Below are positions 39,814 through 53,557 of a stretch of DNA of 64,000 nt, piece after piece (position 1 is the stretch's first letter; each line of letters starts with the position of its first letter). A model generated the notes under the pieces. It worked only from the letters and a program-made list of their open reading frames with translations, had not been told where the DNA came from and made no database searches. This DNA comes from Octopus sinensis (lineage: Eukaryota). Location: positions 27,776,001 to 27,840,000 of the forward strand of contig NC_043005.1 in NCBI RefSeq assembly GCF_006345805.1, in the 5' to 3' direction. The translations under genes and the position numbers were made by a program.

Positions 39814-41039
39814 CTGAAAATAGGTAGAGATTTTATTATTATCGGGAGGAGGAATAGTGTTGAGAGATGTGGCTTTGTGCCAGTTGAGAGGTTTAGGTAT
39901 AACAGAGGAACAGAGGTAGGTGTGTTGCTTTAGAGGAGATACCTGGCTACCCCAGTAGGGAAAAAAGGAGAAAAGAGAGGGAGGGGTGGTGGCGATAATA
40001 ATAGTAAAAATAATAATAATTATAATGGATGTTGAATGTCTCCCATGATAATTAACAGCCAAGTATCAAAGCAGAAAGAGACCCTTTGAGACCTCTGACA
40101 ACAGGCTGCTGTCCACTCGCACAGAATCTACCAGAACAAACAAAATTGAATGTTATGAGAAGTAAAACAATAATAATAGTTAGTAAAATAGTGAAGTCAC
40201 ATGGCTCAATGGTTAGAGTGTCGAGCTTACGATTGTGAGGTTGTGATTTCAATTCCTGCACCAGGGTGTGTGTTGTGTTCTTGAGCAAGGCTCTTTATCT
40301 CACATTGCTCTAGTTTGCTTAGCTGTAGAAATGAGTTGCAATGTCACTGGTGCCAAGCTGTATCGGCCCCTTTACCTTTCTCTTGGATAACATCGGTGGC
40401 ATGAAGAGGGGAGGTTGGTATGCATGGGCAACTGCTGGTCTTTCATAAAAACAACCCTAGATATAAGGCCTGAAATTTGTTGGGGAGGGAGCTAATCGAT
40501 TGCATCGACCCCCAGTGCTCAACTGGTACTTATTCTATCAACACCAAGAGGATGAAAGGCAAAGTCAATCTCAGCAGAATCTGAATTCAGCAGAAGTAGT
40601 TGGGGAGCATAATAGCCATGTGTTGAAAGGAATTCTTTAGGGTTTGAATAATTCACTTCTGGAAACATGTGTGTTTTGTTCAACATCCATAAACAAACCT
40701 TATTCAGGGACCTTTTGAGCAGGATGGGCTACTTGACCTGAAGAAAATTCTAACTGGGCCCCACCTGCAAGTTCATGTGCTGTTTATATTGATACGAGAT
40801 CACCATGTCGTACACATATGGTCGTGATGCATGTGCCTGGTGTACCCATATCAGATGGGTAGTTATGATGGGTATACTGGGCTTTGTATATTTGTATCCC
40901 AATGTCACTTTGATGGCATGTACTGCTCTCTCACTCAAAGGAAAGAAGAAGAAGAAGAAGAAGAAGAAGAGAAGAAGAAGAAGAAGAAGAAATCGGGGAA
41001 CATGGCCCACAGGAAAATTATGAATATTTGACAATGAAT

Positions 41040-42046
41040 GAAGAAGATGGTATACAACATGCTACTATGAAGGAAAAAATAAGAACGTAATACTATAGGA
41101 AAATAAGACTTGTACTGAGGACTGAACTCATCTTGAGAAATCATATCGAAGCCATTAACACCCTGGCATTTCCAGTAGACCAATATAGTTTTAACATCAT
41201 TAATTGGAATCCTACAGAGCTTCAATGCCTTGACAGGAAGATAAGAAATTATTGACATCTAAGAACATGCACCACCCAAAGGCAGATGTTGACCATCTGT
41301 ACCTACTTAGAAGTAGTGGAGGAAGAGGAACGATGAAATTAGAACTGTGCTATAAGACCATAGTAGCAATGGACAGGAACTTGTCTAGTACAGAGGACTG
41401 GATGCTGTGGCTTGTGTGTGAACATAAAAGCAGCAAAAAATTACATTCTGTTGTCAAAGATTATTATTAAAGACAGGGAAGAAAATATTTGTAAACTAAT
41501 AGATGTAAGTATTCCACCTGATAAAAATATATCTGTAAAGGAATTTGACAAAGTAAAAACAAGAACATAGAAATTGAAATACATAAGATGTGGCATCTTA
41601 AGGCAAAAATTGTTATTGCAGGTACCCTAGATATAATAAAAACAGGGCATCAGAAACATCCAGACAACATCCCAGCAGAACCATGTTTTTCAGAAATCCA
41701 AAAGATTGTGCTGACAAGTACTGTCCATATCTTTAGAAAAACCCTATCAATTTAAATGTCTGTATTGTATTATATGGAAGTATTTCATATAATACTTGCC
41801 CAAGGTGTGGCACCTTGGGCAAGTGTCTTCTACTATAGCCTTGTGAATGGATCTGGTAGACGGAAATTAAAGTTTGGCAAGGGGAAGTGGCAAGGAATAC
41901 CTCCGTATGATACAACACAGACATTTCAATTGATAGGGTTTTTCTAAGGATGCAAGCAGTACTTGTCAGCACAATCTTTTGGAGTTCTGTAAGACATGGT
42001 TCTCCTGGGACGTTGTTTAAATGTTTCTGACATCCTGTTTTTATCA
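41040..42046 (+). mobile_element. Dong/R4-like fragments, including an inverted second 3' end (41894-42045)
   Basis: HHPKADVDHLYL..GGRG; DVSIPPDKNISVKEFDK; QKIVLTST. Confidence 0.75.
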
Positions 42047-42158
42047 AGGGATGATCTCAAGTGGGTTATTATAAAAAAAATTAAAGCATCAAAGAACCAC
42101 TGAATGGTAAACTTTGAGATTACAGGTAAGAGAAGAGATTCTAATTATTAATACATAC

Positions 42159-42265
42159 CACAGTAAAATGGTAAACTGTAAGCTCTGGAAACGTTGATGT
42201 TCAATAAGCTTCTTTCTGGAGTTAATAAGGTAAGCATATTTTTCAGATCACAAGCTTTTTTGGCC
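42159..42265 (-). CDS. Vtg: Vtg-like exon (AKKACDLKNMLTLLTPERSLLNINVSRAYSLPFYC)
   Basis: tttcag/gtatgt; 107 nt, phase 2->1. Confidence 0.9.
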
Positions 42266-42522
42266 CTGAAATACACATATAAAATATGGTTTTAAAATAA
42301 AAAGTTGATGTTTTTAGTTTAATGACAATAATTGTAATTATAGTAATTGTTTCCAACATAGGTATAAGGTCAGCAATACAGGCAAAGTGAGGTGGGGTTA
42401 CTAGATTAATTCAGCCCTAGTATTTGACTGATAATGAGAGACAAAAAAGCAGAGCTGACCTTACTGTGATTTGAACATAAAGACATAAAGACCAGATACA
42501 AAAACTACTGCTGCTGCTGCTG

Positions 42523-42561
<39 letters not shown>

Positions 42562-43662
42562 TGTAAAAGATTACACTATTAATAGCTTGTTACGGTTATC
42601 TCTACAGAAATATTAGACAGCACTGATTTTGGTGCAATGTAGAGGTAACCTTGATATCATGATGCAAAGCTCACTGCTAAAACAAGAGAACACAGATTTA
42701 TAACAATGTTTAATATACAAGAATGGTAGGTACAAGCGTGGCTGTGTACGAAGAAGCTTGTTTCCCAACCACATTGTTCTGGGTTCAGTTCCACTGTGTG
42801 GCACCTTGGGCAAGTGTCTTCTACTATAGCCTTGTGAGTGGATCTGGTAGACGGAAACTGAAAAAAGCCCATCATCATCATCATCATCATCATCATCGTT
42901 TAACGTCCGTTTTCCGTGCTAGCACGGGTTGGACGGTTCGACCAGAGTCTGGGAAGCCAGGGGCTGCACCAGGCTCTAGTCTGATCTGGCAGAGTTTCTA
43001 CAGCTGGATGCCCTTCCTAACGCCAACCACTCCGCGAGTGTAGTGGGTGCTTTTTACGTGCCACCTGCACAGGTGCCAGAGGTGTCCAGCATCGGCCAAG
43101 AGGGTCCGGCATATATATATATATATATATATATAAATACATATAAAGCTAATCCAAATGTATGTATGTATGTATGTATGTATGTATCTGTGTGCCTGTG
43201 TTTGTATCCCACCATCACTTGACAACTGATGGTGGTGTGTTTATGTCCCTGTAACTTAGTGGTTCAGCAAAGGAGACTGATAGAATTAGTGCTAGACTTA
43301 CAAAGAATAAGTCCTGGGGTTGATTTGTTTAACTAAAGGTGGAGCTACAGCATGGCCACAGTCACATGACTGAAACAAGTAAAAGAAGGAAAGAAATACT
43401 TTGTTGTATGTTCTGGTTGCATAACAAGATACCACGTGCCTAATTGTCATTAATTCTTAATAGCTGTAATAACGATGAGGTGATATTATATTGGCACAAA
43501 GACAGACATTTTGTGAAAGCAAAAAGAGAGGTGAGTGTACAGTCGGCTTCAATGACCACAGCACAGCGCATCACTAATGGATAGCAGGATATAAACTTAA
43601 ACTGAGCTGCAATGGAGGATTTTTTTTTTAATTTATGTGGGGGAGGGGGTGTTAAAACTTAC

Positions 43663-43880
43663 ATTGGTTTCTCAGTTGGGAAGTTTCTGTTAGCTGTAAT
43701 TGTTAAGATGTCCTCAATGTAGGAACGAATGTTCCAAGAACAGTTTTTCTTTTGGACAACTTTAATATCAGCCCATGATTCATTGAGTGGGGACAGGTAG
43801 AGGTACGTTTTCAGAGCCAACATACGGATTTCTTCATGTTCGGTACAATTTGCATACATCTTGAAGCTCTCAATCAAAGC
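43663..43880 (-). CDS. Vtg: Vtg-like exon (ALIESFKMYANCTEHEEIRMLA...FPTEKP)
   Basis: ttcttcag/gtaagt; E.RMLA motif; 218 nt, phase 0->2. Confidence 0.92.
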
Positions 43881-44137
43881 CTGAAGAAAACAAACGGAAC
43901 ATACAGAGCAACAATTAAAGATGTGCAAGTTATGATTAGTTTAATTAAGATCAAAAGCCTCTCCTTTTTTATATGGTGTCATGTAATGACATGACCAATA
44001 TTGAAACAAAAAAATTGATAAATGAAAATAATAAGAAATTCATTATTTTTCTATGCTATAAGACCATTATTAGAATAGGTTTAGTAATTTTAACAACTAG
44101 TTACCAATGACTATAATTATAACCACCTATATTAACT

Positions 44138-45131
44138 TGCAGCGTACACTTCAGTGAAATGCCTCTCTCCCCTTTATTATATATACATGCATTCGAACGT
44201 AGCAGGTAACAGCTAGCCTTTGGCTGCTATTTGGACCCTGTTGTGTCAACTACACTGATTGGTTAGTATTGGCACAATTTGTCTCTTACTCTGTCGCACC
44301 AACCTGTAGCATATAACCAATCAGAGCCTCTAAATAAAATCACATGAGACAGCCTGTTCTCAACCCAGTTTTGAGCCTACAGCCCCTTATAAAAACCCAG
44401 CTTCTCCTTGTCTCAAGGTCTTTGTTTTCTCCAGAGCTTTTAAAGTCTAGCCACTGACCACACAAGACATAGCCAATTCCAGCGACAACACCACAGCTGC
44501 TGCGTTGAGACTTACCAACTTCATCCAGCAGCTTTCAGTGACCTCCATCTCCATTGCTACCATCATCCTAATGTCAATATCATCTCAACAGGCAACTCAC
44601 CTATTGTTCATGAATTACTTCACCATGGATCAACAGCGAATATATAACCTGCGAGAATTCCTATACCAAGTGACCCAGGCAACAGTATCACAGCCACAAC
44701 TTTACATATGACATGTACCGCAAATGGCTCAGCATTATGGCCACAACTTCTTGATACAGTATTTCAATTACTGTGTACAATTGACTACAAACTGGTATTT
44801 CTCATTCTTGTGTCTGAACATTCGTTTAACTTCTCATTATAGACTCTTTCACTGTCTCCTTCATTGCTATTCCTATATGTACTTAACACACACGCATACA
44901 TCCATACCTATACACACATACGCTTTGTTCTCATGACAGCCTGTTTATTATTCTGTATACATGACACACACACAGACACACATCTTAACATGTTGATTAA
45001 TCTTCTCTTAAACATACTACTCAGTTGTGTCTCTCTTTTCCCTCTGCTACATATATGTATTATTCTTTTTTATATTTATTGTAAGGGCTGTGTGATGTAC
45101 TAAACACTAATTCTTGTTACCTCACATTGCA
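44138..45131 (+). mobile_element. Possible deleted LTR-retroelement remnant
   Basis: TGCA...TGCA ends, TATA-like ttataaaa, CCAAT motifs, PPT-like gtaagggc preceding tgt. Confidence 0.35.
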
Positions 45132-45355
45132 CAGTCTTTACAAACTACTAAAATTGTCAGTACTAACTACTAAACCCATTAATACTATTCAGTATGTTTC
45201 CAGTCATGCCCTAACCACAGAGATAATGTGACTTTTATATAAATAAAATAAAATAAAATAAAATGAAAACATGACTAAATAGAAGAAAAAGATGAAATGT
45301 GGAAAATAAATTTCTCAAAAAATGAAACAAAAAAAATTTTGAAGATAACATTTAC

Positions 45356-45514
45356 TTTTGGAACATCAGATTCATTTGAATGTCTCAGTGTCTCCAGGGT
45401 CAAAATCTTCAGTTCACGGGTTTGAACCTGTGGGAACAGTCTCATGACATGTCCAAGATTTCCAGCCATCTTCAGAGCCAAATCAGGTTTGGTTGACATC
45501 AATTCTTCAATAAT
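45356..45514 (-). CDS. Vtg: Vtg-like exon (IIEELMSTKPDLALKMAGNLGH...DVPK)
   Basis: cttttag/gtaaat; LKxxGNxGH LLTP motif; 159 nt. Confidence 0.92.
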
Positions 45515-46427
45515 CTAAAAGAAGAGATGAAGGGTAAGAAGGAATTTTTGAGCAAGTTGATGTGTCAGAGAAACATTACATAGTGACATCACACACACAT
45601 GCACACACATAGACATACATACATACACACATACACATATATGATGTATATATATTTATGTATATGTATATATATATATGTGGGGGTGTTGTGTGTGTGT
45701 GTGTATAGTTGAAATTTATAGAAAAACAAAAGATGAAGACAGGTGTATGAACAACAAGCAAGTGTATTAGTTTGACATTTGGGAAAAATAAAAAAGTCAT
45801 TTACATTTTGAACCTATGCTTTTCAGCAGACAGGAATAAGAGAAAATAAACAGAGAGAGAATGAAAAAAACTTATAGAGTTCAGCGGTCCAACATGGCAA
45901 ATATATATATATATATATAAGGAAATAATTTTATTCTCACATGCAGGATAATGCTAATAATATAGCATGGCTACCGACAGATTTTTCTGCAAAATATGGA
46001 TAGTTTATCCTGTTCATGCTATAAAAAGAGACGATGAGCGATGGCTAGAAGTATATTGAGTTCTTCATAACCAGCTGATCTAGCAAGCAGGGCCACATAT
46101 CAGTGAGGGGGGCCGGTGTGCATTGATGCCGTCGAGAGGTAGGCCCCAAAATAGCGCGCATTCTCTCCTGATGACCCCATACACTTGCTAGCTTCCGATA
46201 TACGGAGCTTTTAACTGGTAGCACTTGCATGTGTAAGTTGTTTGCAAGACATTTATTAGCATTATCCTACATTTGAGAATAAAATTGTTTCCTTATCTTT
46301 CAGTATGTCTCAATGCTTCTAAATCAAACTTTGTTTGTTTACTTTCATCATAATATATATATATAAGACTGAATGAGATAACAAATCCAAGGTTGTGAGG
46401 AGTTTTCAGGACATTTATAATGAAATA

Positions 46428-46475
46428 GTCTTACAGCTGTTTCTGAGATATAATGGATATCCCTTCATCAGAGAT
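46428..46475 (-). ncRNA. Minimal hammerhead ribozyme motif with palindromic stem III
   Basis: tct-CTGATGA-agggatat ccatt atatctca-GAAA-cagctg-TA-aga. Confidence 0.75.
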
Positions 46476-46773
46476 GGTGTGAGAAAATATTTGAGTTTGA
46501 ATTATTGTGGAAAAGGAGGAGATAGGGAATATAAAGGGAAATAAGAGAATGAAAATAGAAATAAGATATAGAAGGATATTGTAGATGCAGTTCTATTATT
46601 TGAGGAAAATGGTGTATAGAAGTGGTAAAAAAATTTCCTGTACATGGTATGTAAGTTCCAATAGCAGTTCATGCTTAGTCATTTCAAAAAATGGAACCGA
46701 GGAATCAATGTTGCTCATTTGAAAGGGTTTTGTGGTGTGAATGAAAACTTGAGAATGTATTGGTGGTATTTGT

Positions 46774-46821
<48 letters not shown>

Positions 46822-47175
46822 TATATATATACATTATAGGCAGCCATGTGCAATGTTTTACCAAAAAGGAAAACTATAATTCTCACTAAATATGACTAGG
46901 GTGTTGGAACACCTATATTGCTAGAAAAGAGCTAAAAACTCTAATACTGTAGTTAAAGCACATAATTGAATACATATGAACTGACAGGGACTGTAATCGC
47001 CCGAAAGCACTGATATATATTGGAATTGCAAATTATAGACTCATAACACACACATTACACCCAAGTATGCACATTATTTAAGCTTATCACTTACATTATG
47101 CTCACACATTACACACACACATGCATTCACATAAAGACATGGAATAAAAGGACCAAGAACATTTGCATCACTTAC

Positions 47176-47283
47176 TGGCCAGACTTCAGGAATGTACTCA
47201 GGGTATCTAGTGGTAAGAGAACTCAGAACCATATAAGCTTTGTCGGTCATTTCTTCATCCCAGATTTTGCTGTCAATGATTTT
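47176..47283 (-). CDS. Vtg: Vtg-like exon (KIIDSKIWDEE...IPEVWP)
   Basis: tttcag/gtaagt; 108 nt, phase 0->0. Confidence 0.87.
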
Positions 47284-47461
47284 CTGAAATATGAGAAGAA
47301 AAAAAATATACATATGCTCATGTACTAGATATACATTAAATATTTCAGAATATATATAACGAGAGGGTGCCATAAAAAAATTCCACATGGTGAATTGTAG
47401 TGAAAAATATACAAACAAGGAAAATGCACAGTAATTTTATGTTGGATAAAATATACATATA

Positions 47462-48731
47462 CGGGGTGTCCCAAAATTAAGGCAACTTACTTTTTTCAGT
47501 TTTGCCAAAGCAAAATGTTAAATTTCAGGTCCAAGCATTGCAACGCAATGGTAAAGGAAACATAATTATGACACTAACACATTTATTTGAGATGACCACC
47601 ACCCCTGTTTCGAATCACAGCTTTAAATCTATGCGCAAATGTTTGACATGTGGCATGCAAAATCTTGCAGAATCAAAGTCCATTCCTGGCACAGTTTTAC
47701 CTTCAGAGCATTGAGCAAAGCATGAGGAATGCTTAAGACCCTCATCTCCAAAATGGACCAAATAGAAAAATCCAAAAGGTTGAGATTGGGGTTTCTTGGG
47801 GTCCATATATCCTTGCCTATGAACGTTGGAATGTTTTTCTGAATCCAGTGTTGTCTCCTTGGAGCTGTGGGATGGTACTGAGTCTTGCTGGAGGCTCCAA
47901 GGTGGGTCTTGAGAGTGCTCATTCACCCATAAAAGCATTTCAGCATCCAAAATGTCACTAATATATTGCTGAGCATTAATTTTAAGACCCGAGGGCACAA
48001 AAAATGAGAGGAGACCTTCCAGTAGCTGTCACAGCCACTCAAAATAACTGACAGTGGATTTCAATGTTGATTTATGAGTCTACCCTCAATGAAGCCAGAT
48101 ACACTCCAAAGTCAGTTATTCTGGTGGTTTTCTGTCTGTTTGATGTCAAATTCTTTTCCATCAGTGAACACCAGGCTGGGCAGCAATCTGACACTGGATA
48201 AGATGACTTCTTTCCAGTTTCATGACCTTATAAACTTGCATGAACTCATGACAGTGGATTGTCTTGTAGGGATGTGTCCTGAGATCCTCCTTCAGCACTC
48301 AATACATCAATGTTCAGCTCATTTTTGCTGTGGTACCCACTTTTCTGATGGAACAATGAGGATTTCACCATATCTTTCCTCTGGAACTTTTGATAAGCTG
48401 AGAGGTCCGTACACTTCTTTTCCTTTCACGTCTAAGTCCATCAGTGGTGGAACCAGTCTCTTGAAATTTCTTGGCAATTTTCCAGACAATTGTTCAGTTA
48501 ATTTTAAGCTTTTTTGAGATAGCTGTATTACTTTCACTGCCTTTGTGGAGGATTATGATTGTATTTTGGTCTATAGCCATTATCTAATTCATAAATCTGA
48601 ATTTATTTAGTCTAAAACAAAAAGAAGATGCACTAAGTTTTTATAATGATGTATAATTTTCGTATCTTATCTCATTTATTGATAGTTTTTAAAGCCTGAA
48701 ACTTTGGTTGACTTAATTTCAGGACACCCTG
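47462..48731 (-). mobile_element. Near full-length degenerate maT-like Tc1/mariner transposon
   Basis: TIRs cggggtgtcccaaaattaag / cttaatttcaggacaccctg; TA TSD; LQQDSVPSH..NLNLLDFSIWSILE. Confidence 0.88.
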
Positions 48732-49167
48732 TATTTTTATGAAATAAAATATTTACATAGTTGACCAGTTTCACTTGTGCTAATCATGACTATGTAGTTG
48801 GTGATACCATCATCATCACTGACATCAACACTGACATCATCTCCACCATCATCGTCGTCGTCATCGTCGTCATCATCATCATCACCATCACCACCACCAT
48901 CATTATCCTCCTCCTCCTCCTCATCATCATCATCATTGTCGTCGTCATCATCGTCATCATCACCATTAACATCATCAGCACTGTCATCATTACCGTTACC
49001 CACACTATTATTATCAGTGTTGCATCCTCATCCTCCCTTCCTCTTCATTATCATCATCAACGTCGTCATCATCATCTTCATACTCCTCATTTCCACATCA
49101 TAAACATACTAAAAATCCAGATAATAGATTATATCATTGATTAAGATCCTTATCTTAATTATCTCAC

Positions 49168-49333
49168 CTTCAGTCTAGAAACCAGGTCAGAGCAACGTTT
49201 GGTATTTCGGTATTGTTTCTCAAGAACTTCTGGCAGGACAACAAGGGAAATGGCCTTTTCTTCCATAGCCAAGAAGAGAATCTCATTAGCTTCACAAGAT
49301 TCAGCGATAGACAGGAAAGAATACAAAGTGGTC
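49168..49333 (-). CDS. Vtg: Vtg-like exon (TTLYSFLSIAESCEA...LVSRLK)
   Basis: ttcttcag/gtgaga; 166 nt, phase 2->0. Confidence 0.88.
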
Positions 49334-49548
49334 CTGAAGAAGAAAAAAGACAAAAATTAACATCATCGTCATCGTCATCATCATCATCATCATCATCACC
49401 ATCACCATCACCGTCATCATCATCACCATCATCAACATCCCCATCATCGTCATCACCATCATTGTCATCATCATCATTATCATCATCCTCCTCCTTATCA
49501 CCATCATCACCATCACCATCATCACCATCGTCATCACCATCACCGTCG

Positions 49549-49596
<48 letters not shown>

Positions 49597-51094
49597 CCCT
49601 CGTTGTTGTCGTTGTCATCATCATCACCATTGCCGTCGTCATCATTATCATTATCAACATCATCATCATCATTATCATCATGAACATTATTTAATGTCCA
49701 TGTTGCATGTTGGCATTGGTTGGGTAGTTTGACAGGATCCAACAAGGCCAATGGCTGCATCACACTCCAGTGTCTGCTTTGACATGGTGGTTTTTACAGC
49801 TGGACACCCTTTCTAATGCCAACCACTTTACAGTATGTACTAAGTGCATTTTTCATGCCAAGCGAGGTTGCCATGCAGCTTGCAAGACTATGAACTCCAA
49901 GTGGAGAACTTAAGCTAAGAAATAGTGCATAGAGAGGGGTAAACTATGAGAGAAAAGGGGCTGGTGCAGAACAGGTTTCTTGCTGATGAGGAGCAATATG
50001 GCTTCTTTTATTTTCTTTTATTTGTTTCAGTCAATTGACTGTGGCCATCAACCCCAGGACTTATTCTTTGTAAGCCTAATACTTATTCTATGAGTCTCTT
50101 TGCCGATCTGCCAAGTTATGGGGACGTAAACACACCAGCATCAGTTGTCAAGTGATGGTTGGGATGACAAACACAGACACACAAACACAAACACACACAT
50201 ATTTACATACATATATATATATACATATATATATATACGATGGGCGTCTTTCAGTTTCCGTCCACCAAATCCACTCACAAGGCTTTGGTCGGCCCAAGGC
50301 TATAGTAGAAGACACTTGCCCAAGGAGCCATGCAGTGGGATTGAACCCGGAACCATGTGGTTGGTAAGCAAGTTGGTAAGCGCCTCACATTTTAGAAGAA
50401 AGTTGGGAATGGGCAAGCTGGAAAGTGATGAAATGTCAGGGAGGATCTTCAAGGTATGAGGTAGGTAGGAAATAAGTGAAGGGTATCAGGAGTGAGTGAT
50501 GGGGTGGCAGGAAGAGGACATCTGATAGTGCAAGGCAACAGAATATAAATAACAATACAACAAACAGGAGACAGAAATGAAATGAAATTATTTCACCACC
50601 ATTCGTGAACCATACTAAATGTATACACATCATTTAAAGGTATGATGCTGATGAATCATCTGAGATAAAACTTCTTCATAGACATGCTGTGTTAAAAATA
50701 CAATATATATTGCAGCAAGAGGAACATTGCCATTGCAGTGATTCACAAGAATGACAAATTCATTTTGCCTTTCTAGAGGCTTTTTGATGCCATGCACCCA
50801 ATTGTCACTGGCTTAAATGAGATTCATACCTCTATATATAAGAAACATTGAATAAAATATTCACTGATATTGTAGAAGTTTGCTGGGCTGTATAAAAACT
50901 CAGTACATGCAACTGAAACAGTATTAAATTTAAACTATTACACTGAGTTTTTACATTATTTCAAGTTAAAATTTGAAAAATTAACATTTGTCATATTTTA
51001 CCTTTACCCTTTTTTAATTTTATTTCATTTTAAGCTGTACATGAAAGTTTCCTAATTTTTCTAAATTCAGTATGATATTTATACTGGTTACAAT

Positions 51095-51130
<36 letters not shown>

Positions 51131-51134
<4 letters not shown>

Positions 51135-51404
51135 CAATAATAAATCTCTGAGCGAGATGTAAACAGTAGCAGCAGCTGACCCATATGGGATGATGCTACT
51201 GTTGTTTAGAGCTCCATGAAGACATCTCCAGTTGGCTAACGACACAGACAGTGTGTTGTTAGCCAGCTGGAGGAGATATCTTCCTGGGGCTATAAACTAC
51301 AGTAGCATCGTCCCGTATGGGTCAGCCACATTTAGGTGGCAAATATACTTCACAATGTCATGCTGCTACTGTTTACATCTCACTCAGAGATTTATTATTG
51401 CTAT
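51131..51404. repeat. Foldback/MITE-like long inverted repeat
   Basis: atagcaataataaatctctgag...ctcagagatttattattgctat with inner arms 51175-51245/51252-51327. Confidence 0.85.
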
Positions 51405-51439
51405 ATATGTTTGTGTGTGTGTGTGTGTGTATGTATACA

Positions 51440-52000
51440 CTATCACCAATTGTAACCAGTGGTTATTAATTAATGTCAATTGTAACAAGAGCATGTTGTA
51501 ATTATGTCAAGTGTAACCAATTCCAATTAAATTGGCATTAATTATAATCAGTGTCAATTGTAACCACCATCAATTGTAACTATTATCAATTGCATTTGTA
51601 ACCTGTATCAATTATAACCAGTGTCAGCTATAACTAATAGCAATTGTAACCAGTGCTAATCATAACTATTGTTACTTTTAGCCAATGTCAGTTGTAGCTA
51701 CTGTCAATTTCAGTCCCTGTTAATTGGCATGAGTGTCAATTATAGCCAGCATCAATTGTAAATACTGTCAATAGTAACCAATGTCAATTATAACTGTTGT
51801 CAATTACAGTCAAAATCAGTTGTAACTAGTGTAAATTGTACCCAATATTAATTGTAATTAATATCAACTGCATTTGGTGTTGTCTCTAACCAGTGTCAAT
51901 TGTAACCAGTGTCAATTATAACTGCTGTTGTTAGTAACAAAGGTCAATTACAACTGTTATCAATTTCAGTTGGTGTCAGTTGTAGCCAGTGCTAATTTTA
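51440..52000. repeat. Degenerate ~16-bp minisatellite (tgtcaattgtaaccag)
   Basis: Motif recurs throughout. Confidence 0.85.
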
Positions 52001-52022
52001 CTGAGTGTGAAGACGTTCTTAC

Positions 52023-52168
52023 CAGTTCTTGGGTTGTAGTTTGACTAAAGTATAAAGTTTCATCAAGGAAATCTTATCAGCAACTCTGAGAAGATGTAAC
52101 AGATCGAGTGATTTTTTTCCATGATCACTTGTCAGGTTTTGGGTGAAAGACAACAGAAGGTCAAATAC
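52023..52168 (-). CDS. Vtg: Vtg-like exon (VFDLLLSFTQ...DLLHLLRVAD...QPKN), start of helical domain
   Basis: aaccag/gtaaga; 146 nt, phase 0->2. Confidence 0.87.
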
Positions 52169-53433
52169 CTGGTTGACAAGAAGACATATTGGAAAGAAAC
52201 ATGTTTAGAAACAGCCAGCATAATTTTGCATGTGTGTGTGTGTGTGTGTGTCTGAGTGCATACATATAGACATGAACACATACACATACAAACACAACCA
52301 CACAAACAAATATATAAAATATATACACATACATACATAATAGACACATACAGGCACACACATGCACACACACACACACGCATGTGCACACACATATTTG
52401 GGCACGCATGCACACACACACACACTCACACACACACAGACACACACACACACACACACACGCACACACATGTGAGCACACAAATAATTAAGGGTTGTGA
52501 ACAATATTTATTATTTGAGAGTCATTAATATTGCATCAATTTAGGTCATTAATGTTGCATCAATTAAGGAATAATTACTGTTGCATTTTATCAAGGGTCA
52601 TTGATGTGTTAATTGAAGCTCCCTAATATTGTCTATTCAGGCATTTATTTCTGCTAGAACTCTCCATTCTCTGGGGAGACCATGTCAATGAGACAGAAAT
52701 ATACTGATCACGTGGAGGTACACCAAAGTAATAATGGCAAAGAAAATGTAATTCCATTCAAAAAGAATGCCAAGTGTTTGCAGGTCAGTCCCTCTGCAGA
52801 GCTTACAATATACTTGGCATGACAAGAGCCATGAGAGAAGGCCATCAGGTTGACTATGAAGTCAACAGGTATTGCATCAAGATGGCTTTGGATAAGGAGG
52901 TGCAATCCCTGAATGGCCCAGTGCTATGAAGAGTGGTGCTACTAGGGGTGGTGCTAACTGCACACAAATTGGGATTTGATCAACTCTGGCAGGGTCAACT
53001 GGATAAGGGTGTCTGATGTTAAAACCCCTGAAGCAGCTAATGATCCTAGGAAACATCAATGATGATGCGTCCAGGTAGATCACGGATGTTGGTTGGAAAA
53101 TCTTTGTTCTTTGTTAATTAAAGGTCAATATTGTTGTGTTAAGAATCATTAGCATTAATTTTGTATGGATTAAGGGCCATTAACATTACATGAATTGAAT
53201 TATGTCATTAACATTCAATTACTGTTGTGTTAATTAAGACTCATTAATGTTGTATAAATAAAGTTTTGGTAAACATCATATGAATTAAGTGGAGTGACTT
53301 ATTGTGGTATTAATTAAGAATCATTAATGTTATGTAAATTAAGAATTGTTACTCATTGTATGAACTGAGTCACTAACATTGAATAAATCACTGGTGTTAA
53401 TTAAAAGTGATTAGTTCTATGTTCATTACTTAC

Positions 53434-53557
53434 TTTTTGAACAAATTTATCTCCTCCAATTTTATCGTCATCAACAGTAGGTACCAATTTAATTGGAATG
53501 GTAGCTTTGACTGGGGGTAGTTCTGTAGTCTCATTTCCTTGATAAGAGATGGTTTGA
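53434..53557 (-). CDS. Vtg: Vtg-like exon (QTISYQGNETT...DKFVQK)
   Basis: tttcag/gtaagt; 124 nt, phase 2->0. Confidence 0.87.

Noticed and set aside
48737-49763. Poly-D, poly-S and poly-M ORFs (also YI, CV, poly-N and poly-I ORFs elsewhere)
   Set aside because: They are translations of microsatellites; the (TCA)n tracts are intronic and not a phosvitin domain.
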